DNA of 64,000 nucleotides from Fonticula alba ATCC 38817 (Eukaryota; Protista; Nucleariida), in the NCBI GenBank assembly GCA_000388065.2, contig KB932202.1. One strand, 5' to 3'. Within the stretch, counting starts at the first letter, position 1, and every line of letters starts with the position of its first letter. Made by a program: the position numbers and the translations under genes. Under the pieces are notes generated by a model. It searched no databases and was not told the origin of the DNA. It worked only from the letters and a program-made list of their open reading frames with translations. This document shows, piece by piece, positions 23,650-35,988 of the stretch.

Positions 23650-24716
23650 ATGATCCCCGGCACCGGTCGCCTCGTGGCCATGCGCGCTGGCATGGCTCTA
23701 CGCTTGCTGCGCGTGGGGTCGGCTGCCCCTGCTCTGCGACCCCGCTGCCTGGTGGCGCATGGCCGCCCCAGTGGGCTGAGCTTCCAGATGACGGCGGGGC
23801 GCCTCTTCTCCAGCGCCACTCCCCCGGGCCCGGGGACAGTGTGCTGGGGCTGCGGGACGGCGCTCGCCCCTGGGAGCCACCAGTGCGGCGCCTGCGCACG
23901 TATCAACCCCCAACTTCCGCTCACCGGCGAGCCATGCCCCTTTGAGGTTTTGGGCCTGGCCACCTCGCCTCCGGGGGCTGCCTTCGATGTGGACCTGCGC
24001 GCGCTGCGGAGCCTCTTCCTCGAGCAGCAGATGCTCATGCATCCGGACCGCCTGGCCGGGGCGGGGGCCCACCTGACCCCGGCGCAGGTGGAGTATTCCG
24101 AGCGCTTGAGCAAGGCCGTGACTGAGGCGCATCGTGTCCTTCGGGATCCGGTGCAGCGTGCCTTTGCGCTGGTACGGACACACACACACACATGTGCACA
24201 CGTACATGCCCGGAGACGAGCCCCGCCCCTCCCCTTTCTCTCCTCTCAGAGACACCTGCGGCGGTGCTGCCTGTGCCCCTACCCCAAGTCTGACAGCATG
24301 CCCCTGGTCCCTTACCCTTCAGCTTCGAGCGCATGGTCACCCCATTGATGACGGAACAACCAATGTCGACTCGGAACTTCTCATGCTGGCCTTCATGGCC
24401 CAGGAGACCATCGAGTCCGGGGATCCGGACGAAATGAATGACCTGGCAGCCGAGAACGATCGTGCGCATGCTCCTTGCCCGCACTGCCTGCCTCATCACC
24501 CTCTCGCCCATGCCTGGGGCTGCCGCTTGCTTTCTTCTGACACTGTCCGGCCGATGCCGCCCTCGACCCCACCGCGCAGAGCGCACCCAGGAAGATCTGG
24601 AGCACTTCCGGGCCAGCCTTGCGGCCAACGATCTGGAGCAGGCCCAGAAGGTGGCCCTGCGTCTGCGCTACTGGCAGACCATCACCAATGGCCTGCGCGA
24701 GAAGCAGGACATCTAG
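23650..24716 (+). CDS. HSCB: Mitochondrial Fe-S cluster J-domain co-chaperone HSC20/HscB/Jac1
   Basis: Arg-rich presequence-like N-terminus, CWGC..CGAC tetracysteine motif, FEVLGL..FDVDLRALR..MHPDR J-domain, SKAVTEAHRVLRDPVQRA and C-terminal LRLRYW. Three exons. Confidence 0.93.
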
Positions 24717-25296
24717 CGAGTCACGCTGGCTCCCGGCGTCCTACTTCCTGGCCAGGACGCGGGCTTTTTGCGAAAAGCCCCCAACACATGTGCACACACA
24801 CACACACACACACACGCATGCACGCGCGCATAAACGCTTCCCCGCCTGTGTGCGGCGCAATAGACCAAGCCCCGTGCTCGAAAAGGAGAACTCTCGTCCC
24901 GGATGTCACATGATCTCACACATCGCGTGTCGCGAAACGGTTTCCCTTCCTTTTGAACCCCGGGCGTAGCTTGTCTCCTGGATGGGGGCCCGGCTTTCGG
25001 GGAGATCTGATCGTGTGTGTGTATGTGTGTGCCTGTGTGCCTGTGCGCCTGCGCGCCTGAGACAGCTGGAGAATCTTGAGCCAGCCCGCCGGCGGGTTCC
25101 CCCCCTCGCCTCGCCTGAGTAGACCATAGCGCCACCACCACCACCACCACCACCGGCTATCTACCTCTCACCCTCTCCTGCATTTTCCTTCTCGCCGCAT
25201 TTCGATGCCTCCTCAGCCGCCTCCATCTGCGCGCCATCTCTCTTTCCTCCCTTCTCCTGCCTGTCTTCCCCTCTCCTGCCCCTCTTCTCCCCGAGC

Positions 25297-25926
25297 ATGG
25301 CATCCAGCCTGAAAAGGAGACTCAGCATTTCGGAAGGTCCATCCGGCGTGGCCGGCGACATGCTCGGCCCAGGTGAACTTCACCGGCGTGAATCTCTCGG
25401 GTCACCCAAACGCCTGCGGTTGTCCTTTTCCCAGCAGCAGCGCGAGCAGGAGCAGCAGGAGCAGCAGCAGCAGCGCCCCATGGACTTCGATGGCGAGCGC
25501 AGCTCGTCTTTTCTTCGGAGCAGCCAGCCGCCCCAGCCCTCGGCCGGAGGCTCCTCGCTAGCCAAGTCCACTGATGCCTCCCAAGCCAGCGCCAGCGCCA
25601 GCGCCAGCGCCGAGGACAACCTCGTGGACTCGCTCTCGCAGGAATCCGACCAGCTCATCCAGGAGATCCGGTCGGTCCTGGCCGGTATCCAGGCATCCTT
25701 CGACCACTGGGTGATGGACGTGGTAAATGGCGATGCGGCGGCCGAAGCCCGGCATCTGGATATTGTATCGGCTCGACACGGTATGGCCATGGCTGTGGGC
25801 TTTCGGCTGCGTGCATGTACTGCCCCCTCGCTTGATGACTGACGGTCTTCTTGTCTGCTTCTTCTCTCCTTCTCCCTTCCTCGGCCCCTGCCTCGTCGCC
25901 GTCGTCGCCGTCGTTCCCCTCCGCTT

Positions 25927-25967
<41 letters not shown>

Positions 25968-26343
25968 CCCCCGCCTCCTCCTCCGCCTCCTCTTGCTGGG
26001 CATCCTGTCGGCGTCTCAGCCGAGATCGAGTCGATTGGCAGCCTCTCCGAGCAGCAAAGCCAGCAACTTGAGGTGTACAACCGAGCCATCCACCAGACCG
26101 AGGGCCTGGGCGAGCGACTAGCCGAGCTGGAGGCTTCGCGCGCAGCCACCACCGAGCGCCTTGGGCGACTTGAAGCCCAGGTGCAGGAGCTCCAACGCGC
26201 CATCGCCCAGGAAGAGCAGGGTGCGTTTCGCTCAGAGTGAAGCTCACTCCTCCCCCCCCCCCTCTGTTCCGCCGCTATTTTCCCCCTTTTGCCTGGGGGC
26301 TTCCTCTTCAACCTCCGGGACTGTGCCCTTTAATTTGCTTCTT

Positions 26344-26381
<38 letters not shown>

Positions 26382-27154
26382 CCCCCCGCCACCCGTTTGC
26401 TGACAGCCCCTTCTCCTTGTCCCTCTCTGTTGTCCTACACCCCGGCTGCCGCAATGCCCCGCCCGGGCCCACATGCAGATCTTGAGGCCATTCGGGCAGC
26501 CCAGCGCCGGAAAGAAGCCCGTGCCGGGGCGCTACTCGACCGGTTTTCTCAGTTTCTCGGGCTGCGCATCCACAAAAGCCGTGAGTCAAAGTATCCTTCA
26601 TGTGTCCCTGCCTTTGCGGCCCCGGTTATTTGCTGCTGACTCTGCCCGATTGTCTCCTCCCTCTGCCCCTTCATCTTTCTTCCCCCCCCCCTCCTCCACA
26701 TGCACCCAGGATCGACCTTCTCCTTCATATTCTCCAACATCGATGAGCTGGATCCCAATCGGGAGTTTGTTGTGACACTCGCCCTGAACAAGGGCAACTC
26801 ACTCAATGGTGCGCCCGGTCGCCTCATCTCCCCGCATATGCCCCCCCGCCCCCCTCCCGTACCCCGGCTGTGCCTGCTCGGGTGCGATCGCCGGTCCCAT
26901 GCTTCCCCCCTTTCGGGGCATCTCTGGCCAGCCTTTTCTGACCGGGTTTCCTGTCGACAATCCGGCCCCCCGCCCGACACCCCCGCTCGGCCTCCGCCGC
27001 GTCCCCGCGCCCCGTCGCCGCAGTCCTGGAGTGCACGCCCCGGCTGCCGGGGCTCGAGCCCATCATGGCCCAGCTCCGCAAGGACCGGTCGCTGCATGCA
27101 TTCCTCCTGCGTGTGCGGCGGGAGTTCCGCGGGTTGGCGGGGCCACGTGCATGA
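25297..27154 (+). CDS. SPC25: Kinetochore Ndc80-complex subunit Spc25
   Basis: Coiled-coil exons, then RFSQFLGLRI, FSFIFSNIDELDPNREFVVTL and VLECTPRLPGLEPIMAQLRKDRSLHAFLLRVRREF, matching the Spc25 RWD-like head pattern. Stop at 27152-27154. Confidence 0.85.
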
Positions 27155-30100
27155 CTCTAAATACACATGATCCCTTCCTCCTAGACCTGCAAGCTGCCAC
27201 ATCAGATCGGGCTTCGTCCGTGGGGATGCCGGGCCGAGCTCCATTCTCGGCCGGCGTGTGNNNNNNNNNNNNNNNNNNNNNNNNNNNNNNNNNNNNNNNN
27301 NNNNNNNNNNNNNNNNNNNNNNNNNNNNNNNNNNNNNNNNNNNNNNNNNNNNNNNNNNNNNNNNNNNNNNNNNNNNNNNNNNNNNNNNNNNNNNNNNNNN
27401 NNNNNNNNNNNNNNNNNNNNNNNNNNNNNNNNNNNNNNNNNNNNNNNNNNNNNNNNNNNNNNNNNNNNNNNNNNNNNNNNNNNNNNNNNNNNNNNNNNNN
27501 NNNNNNNNNNNNNNNNNNNNNNNNNNNNNNNNNNNNNNNNNNNNNNNNNNNNNNNNNNNNNNNNNNNNNNNNNNNNNNNNNNNNNNNNNNNNNNNNNNNN
27601 NNNNNNNNNNNNNNNCCCCCCCCCCCCCCCCCCTGGGGGTGGAGAGCACGCCTCGGCCTCTCCAAGCAGATGGGTCTGCGAGGCCTTGGCGGGCCGGGCG
27701 GTGTGCCTGGTCGCTGGTGGGGTGCTGGCGCCCCCGCCAACGCCCCCCTGGGCCCGATCGATTCTCGCAAACGTGCTGGGCTCTCCCGTGCTTCGGCGTA
27801 GCCCCGTTTCCCGGGCCGGCAGACGGCCCCGCGGCGGGGGGGGGGGCTGATCCGGGCAGGAGGGCGGGGTACTGCCGGGCCCGGGCCGGCCGACACGGAC
27901 ACGCGTCTGTTTTCCCGGGAAGAGGCCGCGCCCGGGTGCCGCCGGGCACATTTGCGCATGCGCGCCGGGCCCCGGCCGGCTGGAACTTGAGTTGTTCGCC
28001 CTCGGCATTGACACGCCTCTCGGGTCCGCTCCGGTGCGCCTTCGCACCTTCCTGGGGGCCGGAGAAGGGGCAGGGGGAATGTCCTGGCATCCGAGATCGC
28101 GTTGCGTTTCTTCCAGCAATTCCGCCACACACGGCTGTGGGACATCCCCCGGGCCTTGCCTCCCTCCCCCCCCCCGCCCCCGCCCCCCATTGCTGGTCCA
28201 TTCACACGCTCCCCAGGGGGAATGTGGGAATCTAGTTTGTTCGGCGGCTGTGCCGTGCGCGCTTTTCCCCGGAGCCCAGTGTAGCGCAAGAGGACGCCCA
28301 TCTGCTTGGCCGCCTCGCATCTGGCTGCCCCTCCGGTCCTCCCTCCGGGGCAGGGCCATGGACGCTTCCGGGGGCCCGGCGCAGCCATCGAGGGGGGGGG
28401 GGGACGGAGACTGGCTCTTCGGTGCCAGCCGGGCGCGGCGGGGCGCGGCGCGCTGGGGAGAGCGCGTAAAAGCACCTGCGGCCGAAGGCCCGAGGCCCCA
28501 GGCCGGACGCGGTTGACCCAGTCTGACACACACGGGGCCGGGCACTCTCTCGCGGCTGGCCGGCGCGATGGCGCGTTCCTCCGGGTCGGGCCGCGCGCGC
28601 GTGCGCTCGCGCGGGGCCCAACTGGGTTTCACTGCTCGTAGTTCGACCGACAACCCCCACTTCACCCTGGGCTCAGGGGGCGTGGGGGGGGGGGGCGGGG
28701 GGCCGGGGCTCGGCAGTGCGGGGCTGCTGGCTACGGGGGCGGCGCCGGGCGCCAGCTTTCCCGCGGCCAACAGGTGTCCCTCCCCTTCTCCAGGGGGCGG
28801 CGCCGGGGCGTTAACTCCCCGTCGCGGACGAAAGCGCGGGCCACCACCGGTCCAAGTGAACCCGCTGGTGCCTTCGGGACAGGCCTTGGTGCGTTCCAGA
28901 GCCCCCCGGCGAGGCGCATCTTTTTTTTTGTTATCGCGATCGCGCATTCCCTCCGCCGGGCCGACCGCCATCCATCGCGGGCGCCATATCCGCCGCCCTC
29001 CGCCCGTTCGCATCCCCCCCGCCCCCCGCCCCCCCCTCCCCGGCCGATCTGTCAAAGGTCTCTTGGCTGTTGACAGTTCGGAGTGGTGGTGCGCGGGCGG
29101 GGGTGTCGGCACGCCGCCGCACCCAAGGGCTCTCGCTTGCCCCGGTCCGTGGCCACCCCGCGCGGCTTCACATCCATCCTCACAGGGCCAGCCGCGCCCC
29201 GGGAGGCGCGGAGAAGCGGACGGAGAAAAAGAAGAAGGCCGAGGCCCGACACAGAGAAGCATCCCCCCCCCCCCCCTAACCAGGGCGGCACGGCTGGCGC
29301 CGAACGAACAGCGGGGAAGCTGCCCGCTCTGCATTAGGCCAGGGGGGCCTGCCTCTTTTGTCGCCCCCGGGGGCGCCTCGCCGCCCCAGTCGGGGGCCGG
29401 TGAGGGGCGCCCGGAATATTGGACTAGCGGGGCAACGTCGTTGCCATCTCCCTCTCCCCACCGTCGCTGCCTCTTCCGCTTGACCACCGGGGGCGGGACC
29501 AAACCCGGCGGAGCGCCCCTCTCTTCCTACGGCGCCCCTCTCAACAAGGGGAGGAAAGGGGAGGACGGGAGGGGGGGGGGGGGGGGGGCGGGAGAGAGAG
29601 AGGAGCAGAGCAAAGGACAGACCCTCTCCTGAATGGCCGGGCCTCGAACAAGCCAGGGAGCCTGGACGCGATCTGCCCGACTGGACGCCCCCGCCCCCTT
29701 CTCGAGGGCACAGGCTCGGCGCCTGCCAGCCGCCCGGCCGCCCCGCTGGCTGTGTGTGTGTGTGTGTGTTTGTGCGGGGAGGGGGGGCCCGCGTGAAGAC
29801 CCACCTGGCGGATCCCCTGAAGTGACCCCCCGGTGCAGGGCCAACACCTCTGTCGGGACCGGTAATACCTCACCGCTCCCCCCCCCCCACCCTCGCCCGC
29901 TGTCCTCCCCCTCCTCCCCTCCCCCCTCCTGGCACACCCCTTCCCCAGCCCTCTTTCTCCGCCCCCCCCCCTCCCGTTCTTGGGTCTGGCTTAGCTTCTC
30001 GCCGCCGCCGTTCCTCCTCGTCTCGAGGGACACCACCATGCCCGCGCCCGGCCACGGTACTGTCCTGTCTGCCCGCCCATCTCCGCCCCCCTCTCCCACT

Positions 30101-30173
30101 ACTCGCCTCCGCTCTCCCGGCTCCGGCTCACCCCCCCTCCCCCCACCCCCCAGCCCAAGGCGCGCGGCCAATC

Positions 30174-33100
30174 GTGGCGTTCCTCGTGCTCTTCACGGCG
30201 GCCGTTGCGGCGGTCGCCTCATCGACACACTCGCGCTCCCTCGCCGCCGAGCACATGATGGGCCCCGCGGCGGCGACCACTGCGACAGCTGCTGCCTTGG
30301 TGCCCGGCGCTCGGCTGGCCGCCCCGGAGGGCGTTTGCCCAGCCGCCAAGGCCGAAGCCCTCCTGGCTGACCAGTGGTGGTGCCCCGCCGCGGCCCCCGT
30401 CGTTCTCTCCCACGCCGGGCCCCACTCGCACGGGCCCCACCCGGACGAGGTCCCCTGGCCGATGGTCGATCACCAGCGCTGGCGCGCCGCCATGCACACC
30501 AGCCTCCAGGCGTTCCTGGCCGATCGGCTGGCCGGAACCCCGGCCTCCGAGCGCCTCCGACGCCTGCGTATCGAGGATGTGGACTTTGCGGAGCAGCCGG
30601 CCGAGGCCCAAGACTCCCGGTGCCGGGCTCTCTTCGCGGCGCAGGCCGACTTGGCCGACCGGTGCGAGCGCCTGAGTCAACTCCTCCTGCAGCAAGTGCG
30701 TCTCCTCGGCCCGGCCGAGGGGGCCCTTGGTGCCTTGCCGGAGATGTTCCTCCCCTCGGCGGCCGATGGCCTGGTGGTCCTCCTGCGTGAGGGGCTCGGG
30801 ACCCTGCTTCGCGGGGGGCCTGACGCCGGCGCTGGCCCCGGGCCCGGGCGCGCTGCCGGCCACGGGGATGTCCCCTTGGAGCAGCCGGACCTGGCCATGG
30901 CCGCCACCCCGGTGATGCCCGGCAGCCCGGCGGCGGCGGCGGCGGCGGCGGCGGCCGTCTCGCCGATTGGGGATCTCTTTGGCTCGGAGGCCGAATGCCC
31001 CATCGCTCGGGCTGCGCATGCCGGGCCCGGTCGGCATTACTTCGGCCCGCCGGACAATGTGTGCATGCCTGCAGGGGGCCCCGGCAGCCCGGCGGCAAGC
31101 GCGGCCCCTGCCGCCGCAGCTCCCCGCGATCCCTTTCTCCATTCGGCCTGGCGGAGCAGCGGCCGGTCGCAATTCCGGCCCTTCCTCCACGACGGCCTGC
31201 AGGTGCTGGACACCGAGGCCCGGCGCCTGCTCTTCCGCCTGGCTCCGGCTGATGGGATCCTGCTTCCCCTGCGCCGGGCACCGGAGATGTATTCGCCCCT
31301 GCGTCGGGCCGTGCGCACGCGCGGCTCGGCCGCCGGTCAGGGTGCCGCGTCACTCGTGCGGCTGATCCGGCCGGCCCCGGGCGCCCGGCCGCAGGACGAT
31401 GCCCAGCAACCGGGCGCCTGCCATCCCCCGGCCGCGGGGCCGCGCCACGCACATGGCCACCAGGGCTGGACCCCGGTGCACCCGCTGATGGCGGCCGCCC
31501 CCCCCACGACGCCGGCCGACAGCCCGGCGTGCGTCCAGCCGCCCGCATCGGGAGATCCCCCGCGGCCCCGGACGCGCTTGGCCGTTGCCCGGCCCACTTG
31601 GCTCGGGACCGCGCTGTCCCTCCCCTTGACCGAGGCCGAGATCGCCGAGGCCGAGTCTTCCTTCACAATTCGCCTTGTCCGCCGGCTGGTGGATCTGGCC
31701 CTCGGGCGCCTTCGTCGGCCCCTCTCGGCCGAGGGGGTCCTCTTGGTCCCGCCCTCCGGTGGCCGACTTCAGCCGGCGCGCCTGCTTGCCTCTGCTGTGG
31801 GTCGTCCCTCGGGCGACCATCGCATTGGTGTGTCCCCCCTCCTTTTTCTCTCTCTCTCTCTCTCTCCCTCTTCCGAAGGGGCCTTGCTCTGGGCAAGCGC
31901 GCGCACACACACACACACACCACTCTACTCCTGGATGCCTGTCGTTGCCGCCGCCCCCTCGCGCTCTCCTCCCACTCTCTCTTTCTCGCTCTCTCTCTCT
32001 CTCTCCCGTCAACTCCTACATTTGGGTCTCTCTTTTCTGACCAAGCCCTTTCCACCTCAGAGGAGATGCTTGCCCCGGCCCGTGCTCCGGCCAAGGGACG
32101 CGGGGCGGTCCCACCCGCCGGGGCCCTGGCCGTGCCCTTCCGCCCCCGGGCCAAGCATGTGGCCTCCGGGTCGCCTGCGCCGGCCTCAGCAGCAGGGCCA
32201 CACCCCCGCCATGGGCGTCCCGGGGCCCGGGGCCAGCCGATCCCCCGGACCGGGGCCTCTCCGACCATTGCCACTGCGGCCGCCCTCCCGGCCAATGTCA
32301 ATCCCCTGCCCGCATCCTTGCTCCACTGGTTTGAGCGCCGGTCGCTCGAGCTAGATCAGATATTCCCGCCAGCTCCACCGGCCGCGGCCGAGGCCTTCCT
32401 CCGGCTGGCACCGCTGCACTACGGTTGGGACCGCTCGGACTCGCAGTTTGTCGACGCCGGGGTCTTCTCGGTGGAGGCTCGCCCGTTGGGGTTCCATTCG
32501 CTCAGCTCCCACACCTCCTTCCCGGCGGTCAGCAAGCAGCGGGTGTATGGCTCCCCCGCCTCGCGGCCGGGGGGGCCCCCTGCCCAAGGCCCGAATGCAG
32601 GCGCCCGGGCCCCGGTGGTGGCCGGCCATCTGGATGCTGGCCCTTCCGGCGGCTCAGCCTGCCAGGTGGCCATGTGCCCTTGGCCGCCGGGTCCAGCCCT
32701 GGATCGCACCTGCTCTGCCAGTGACCGGTGCTCGGGCGGCCCGCCGGCGGTTCAGTCCTCGAAGCCGGTGCCCGGCGGTCCCGGCTCCAACTCCACCCCG
32801 CGACAGCCGTCCCCCTGGCCAACCGGCGACACAGGGCACTCTGGTGGCGCGGGCGACCCCAGCACCGGGCCGGTGCCCCATGGGCGTCCCCTGGACGGGC
32901 TGCCCGCCGCCCAGCGCCGGGTCCTGCAACTGGTATCCGGCGTCGGGGCCCAGGCGTGGAATACCTACGGCCGGCGGTATCTCGGCATGGAGGTGGTTCT
33001 GCTCCGGCAATGGGACCCGAGTGCCGTGCTGCTGTGGCTCATTATCATCGCTTCGGCCGGGTGGCTGGTGGCCGTGGCGTCGGCTTGGTGTGCCGCCGGG

Positions 33101-33673
33101 GATGCCCTGCTGGCTCCCTTCGCCGGCGTGCCCAGCCATGGCGCCCCTGCGCTGGACTCGGATCGGCGGCGCTTCGCCGCCAGCCTCCGGCCCTTCGGTG
33201 CCGGGCTCATGCCACTTGGCGTGGCTCGGGATCTGGCTCTGGCCGGGATGGAGAGCCAATTCGCCGCCCACCTCCGCGAGGAGGAGGAGCGCCGACTGGG
33301 GGCCGTCCGCCGGGCCTTCCTTCGGCCGGCCGTGGCGGCTTCCCCGGCTGATGGTGAGCCGGCTGTCAGGCTGCCCGGGCCCGGTGGACCGGGTCAACTG
33401 GCGGCCTCGGCGGCACTTGACTCGCCGCCCTGCTCGCCGCTTGCCGTGTCCGATGGCCTGCTTGCCGCGGCTCCCGGGCGCGCCGGGCGACTGTCCATCT
33501 CCCTGCCATCAGCCGGCCAGCCCGAGGGGGGGGCCCGCCGGCAGGACGATGCCGACGGCTCGGATGTCGCCCCTTTCATGTCGAATGATGTCTCCTCGAC
33601 TCTCGATGCCATGTCTCCGCAGCTGGCCACGCCCTGTCTGGGCGCCTGCATCGCGGATGTCCTCTGCCAGTGA
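30174..33673 (+). CDS. Large orphan protein (~1090 aa) with an N-terminal signal peptide and a TM segment; weak PA-domain/SPPL2-like resemblance
   Basis: Exons 30174-31827 and 32061-33673 are phase-compatible (g|GTGTGT..CTCAG|ag). Signal-like start MAFLVLFTAAVAAVASS. TM segment SAVLLWLIIIASAGWLVAVASAW. Confidence 0.65.
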
Positions 33674-34310
33674 GAGCTGACGGCAGGCGGCAAGGAGGGC
33701 GAGACCCATGTCGGCCGTGGAGATGCAGAAGGCCTGAGGCCCACTTTTCGATGCGCGGAACCCTGGGAGCATGGGGGGAAGTTGCAAGCAGCGGACGCCC
33801 TGACCTCCCTTCTCCCCCAGCTTAGGCCCCTCCCCCCCTCCCCCCCTCCCCCCCNNNNNNNNNNNNNNNNNNNNNNNNNNNNNNNNNNNNNNNNNNNCCC
33901 ACATCCAGACATTTGCCCCCACCCCCGCATCCCATCGGTTTAGGTGGGAGTGAGTGTTCTCAACGCGCTAGCGCGGCCAGTTTGCCGCACCTTGCGCGTG
34001 TACCGCCAATCATGCCTCCAATATATTGACCTTGAGAAATCGCACGCGGCGTGTGTGTGTCCCCCCCTTGCCCCGTCTTATGTGCGCGCATTACCGGGCT
34101 TCGCCGGCTCGGGTGCGGCACGCATGCACATATATCTCGAGGGTCGCCAATGGACAAGCGAATGGACATGGACACATGTCCTGATCACACAGGACAGCGG
34201 GGGTGTATTCTCAGCAGGCGTGAAAGAGGAACAGCGATCGAGACAGGGGGGGGGGGGGGGACGAAAGACATGGAAGAATGCATCGTGTTTTGTGGAAAGA
34301 CCAAGCGCTC

Positions 34311-35473
34311 TCACATGGAGATCGGCAGATCGGGCTGGACGATCTCAATGGCATAACCGTCCGGGTCGTGGATGAAAGCCACACCCTTGATCATGCCGTC
34401 ATCCGGGCGCTTGGTGAACTTCACCTTGTGGTCGTCAAAGTGCTTGCAGGCAGCAGTCAGGTCGGGCACCGACAGGCAGAGGTGGCCTGAAGAGGCGGAC
34501 CCAGCCAGGAGGGGGGAGGGGCGAGGGGACGAAGGGCGGCAGTGGGGTGGCAGGAGAGGGTCAATGGCCTATCGGGGTCGGGGAGGGGGGACAATTCAGA
34601 GGGAAGGGAAGAAGGAAAGCGAAGGACCCTCCACGCGCGGGCACATCCACCGAGTGAAGGAGGGGGAGGCGGGGAGGGGCTGGCAAGGAAAGGTACGCAC
34701 CAAAGCCGCGAGGCTCGGAGTTGCCACCATGGTAGCCCTTGAAGGACTCGTCGGACTCGGTGCCCCAGTTGCTGAATCCCGGAGTTAGGCCAATGGTGGG
34801 AAGATCCTGTGCAGAGGCATGAAAAATGCGAGGGCCGGGAGGGGGAAGGGGGAGATCGACGTACTGGCACAGCTCCACGAGAGCCAGGCGCCCGAACAGG
34901 AGCTTGAGCTTCTCCGGGGAGTTGTTCTCGGCCGCGCCGAAGCTCTGGTAAAGCTCGTACTCCTCATCCGTCACATGGCCCATGAAGTAGTTGGTGAACT
35001 TGGCCATCTCGACATCCATCTTGTAAAGAAGGCTACAACCGAGCAGTGTTCCGGTAGAGAGAGAGAGAGAGCGGGAGAGAGCGGGAGAGAGCGGGAGAGA
35101 GCGGGAGAGAGCGGGAGAGAGCGGGAGAGAGGGCGCAAGATACATCGGGGTCAGACCTTGTCGCCCGATGCAGAGGATGAGGCTGGGGGGGCACAGGACA
35201 GGCGTAGGGCGGCAGGAGGGAATGGACTGATGACGAGAGAAGGGCTGGTGACGCACCGCATGCCAAGAACCTCCTGGTAGAACTTCAGGGAGGGCTCCGG
35301 GTCGCGGACGCGGATCATGACTAGCGAGTGCAAAGGGGAGGGCAAATCGACGGACGAAAAAACAGTCAGAGTGGGCTCCAGGCGATGGCATCACATGCGG
35401 GATCGCCGCCGGCACAGAGGCGGCGAAGGGGAAACGCACCATGGTTGAGCTTGAAGCCAGAGGTAGCAGACAT
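34311..35473 (-). CDS. GLO1: Glyoxalase I (lactoylglutathione lyase), single-domain type, 5 exons
   Basis: Spliced translation: [99 protein letters not shown]. The metal-ligand motifs are intact. Confidence 0.96.
35071..35130 (+). repeat. (GCGGGAGAGA)x6 decamer repeat in a GLO1 intron
   Basis: Six perfect copies read directly. Confidence 0.95.
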
Positions 35474-35988
35474 GGTGAGTAGTAGGGGAGGGGGGATATG
35501 ACAACCGCAACGAGGGCCGACAGGGAGGGGACAGGAGGAGACGAAAGCACACAGCAAGATGGAGGGCTCTGGCAAAATGACCGGGAGAAGTTGCATGTCG
35601 AGCGCCTCCTTATATCCCGGCGCCCGGCAGATCTCGCCGAGGCGTGACTGATGGCGCAGCCCCCGCCCCCCGTCCCCCGTTCCCTGTCCCGCGGCATCAG
35701 ACCCCACCATCGTGGGATTACGCCGAACCACACCGCAGGGGGCCCACCACCCCAGATGGCCGGGTGTGTCACCGCCGTGGGCACCCCGCTTAGTCTCCCA
35801 CCCCCCCCGCCCCCTGCCCGATCAGCCACGAACCACCTAGAACGCCCAGCACAGAGAACGATGGGGTGGTCATGTGGTTTGTTTGGGATCACGCCGGTCT
35901 CTTGGTAAGAGACTCCTGTCACGCACTCACGGGACCATGCATGTGGGGACGCCATGCCAGCCCGGGCGAGGAAGAGCGCCGATCGGAA

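Noticed and set aside
28810-28930. GC-rich stretch ending in a T9 run, considered as SRP, RNase P or RNase MRP RNA
   Set aside because: The conserved SRP helix-8 and RNase P/MRP CR-I/CR-V motifs were not found. An Infernal scan would be decisive.
27202-29502. 766-aa minus-strand ORF and overlapping long ORFs between SPC25 and the orphan at 30174
   Set aside because: They read through an N gap, are Gly/Pro/Arg-rich as expected for random high-GC DNA, and show no domain or exon-like codon pattern. Treated as intergenic.
33490-33900. RING-H2 domain after the TM of the orphan at 30174
   Set aside because: PCLGACIADVLC lacks the C3H2C3 spacing, and no other frame supplies it.
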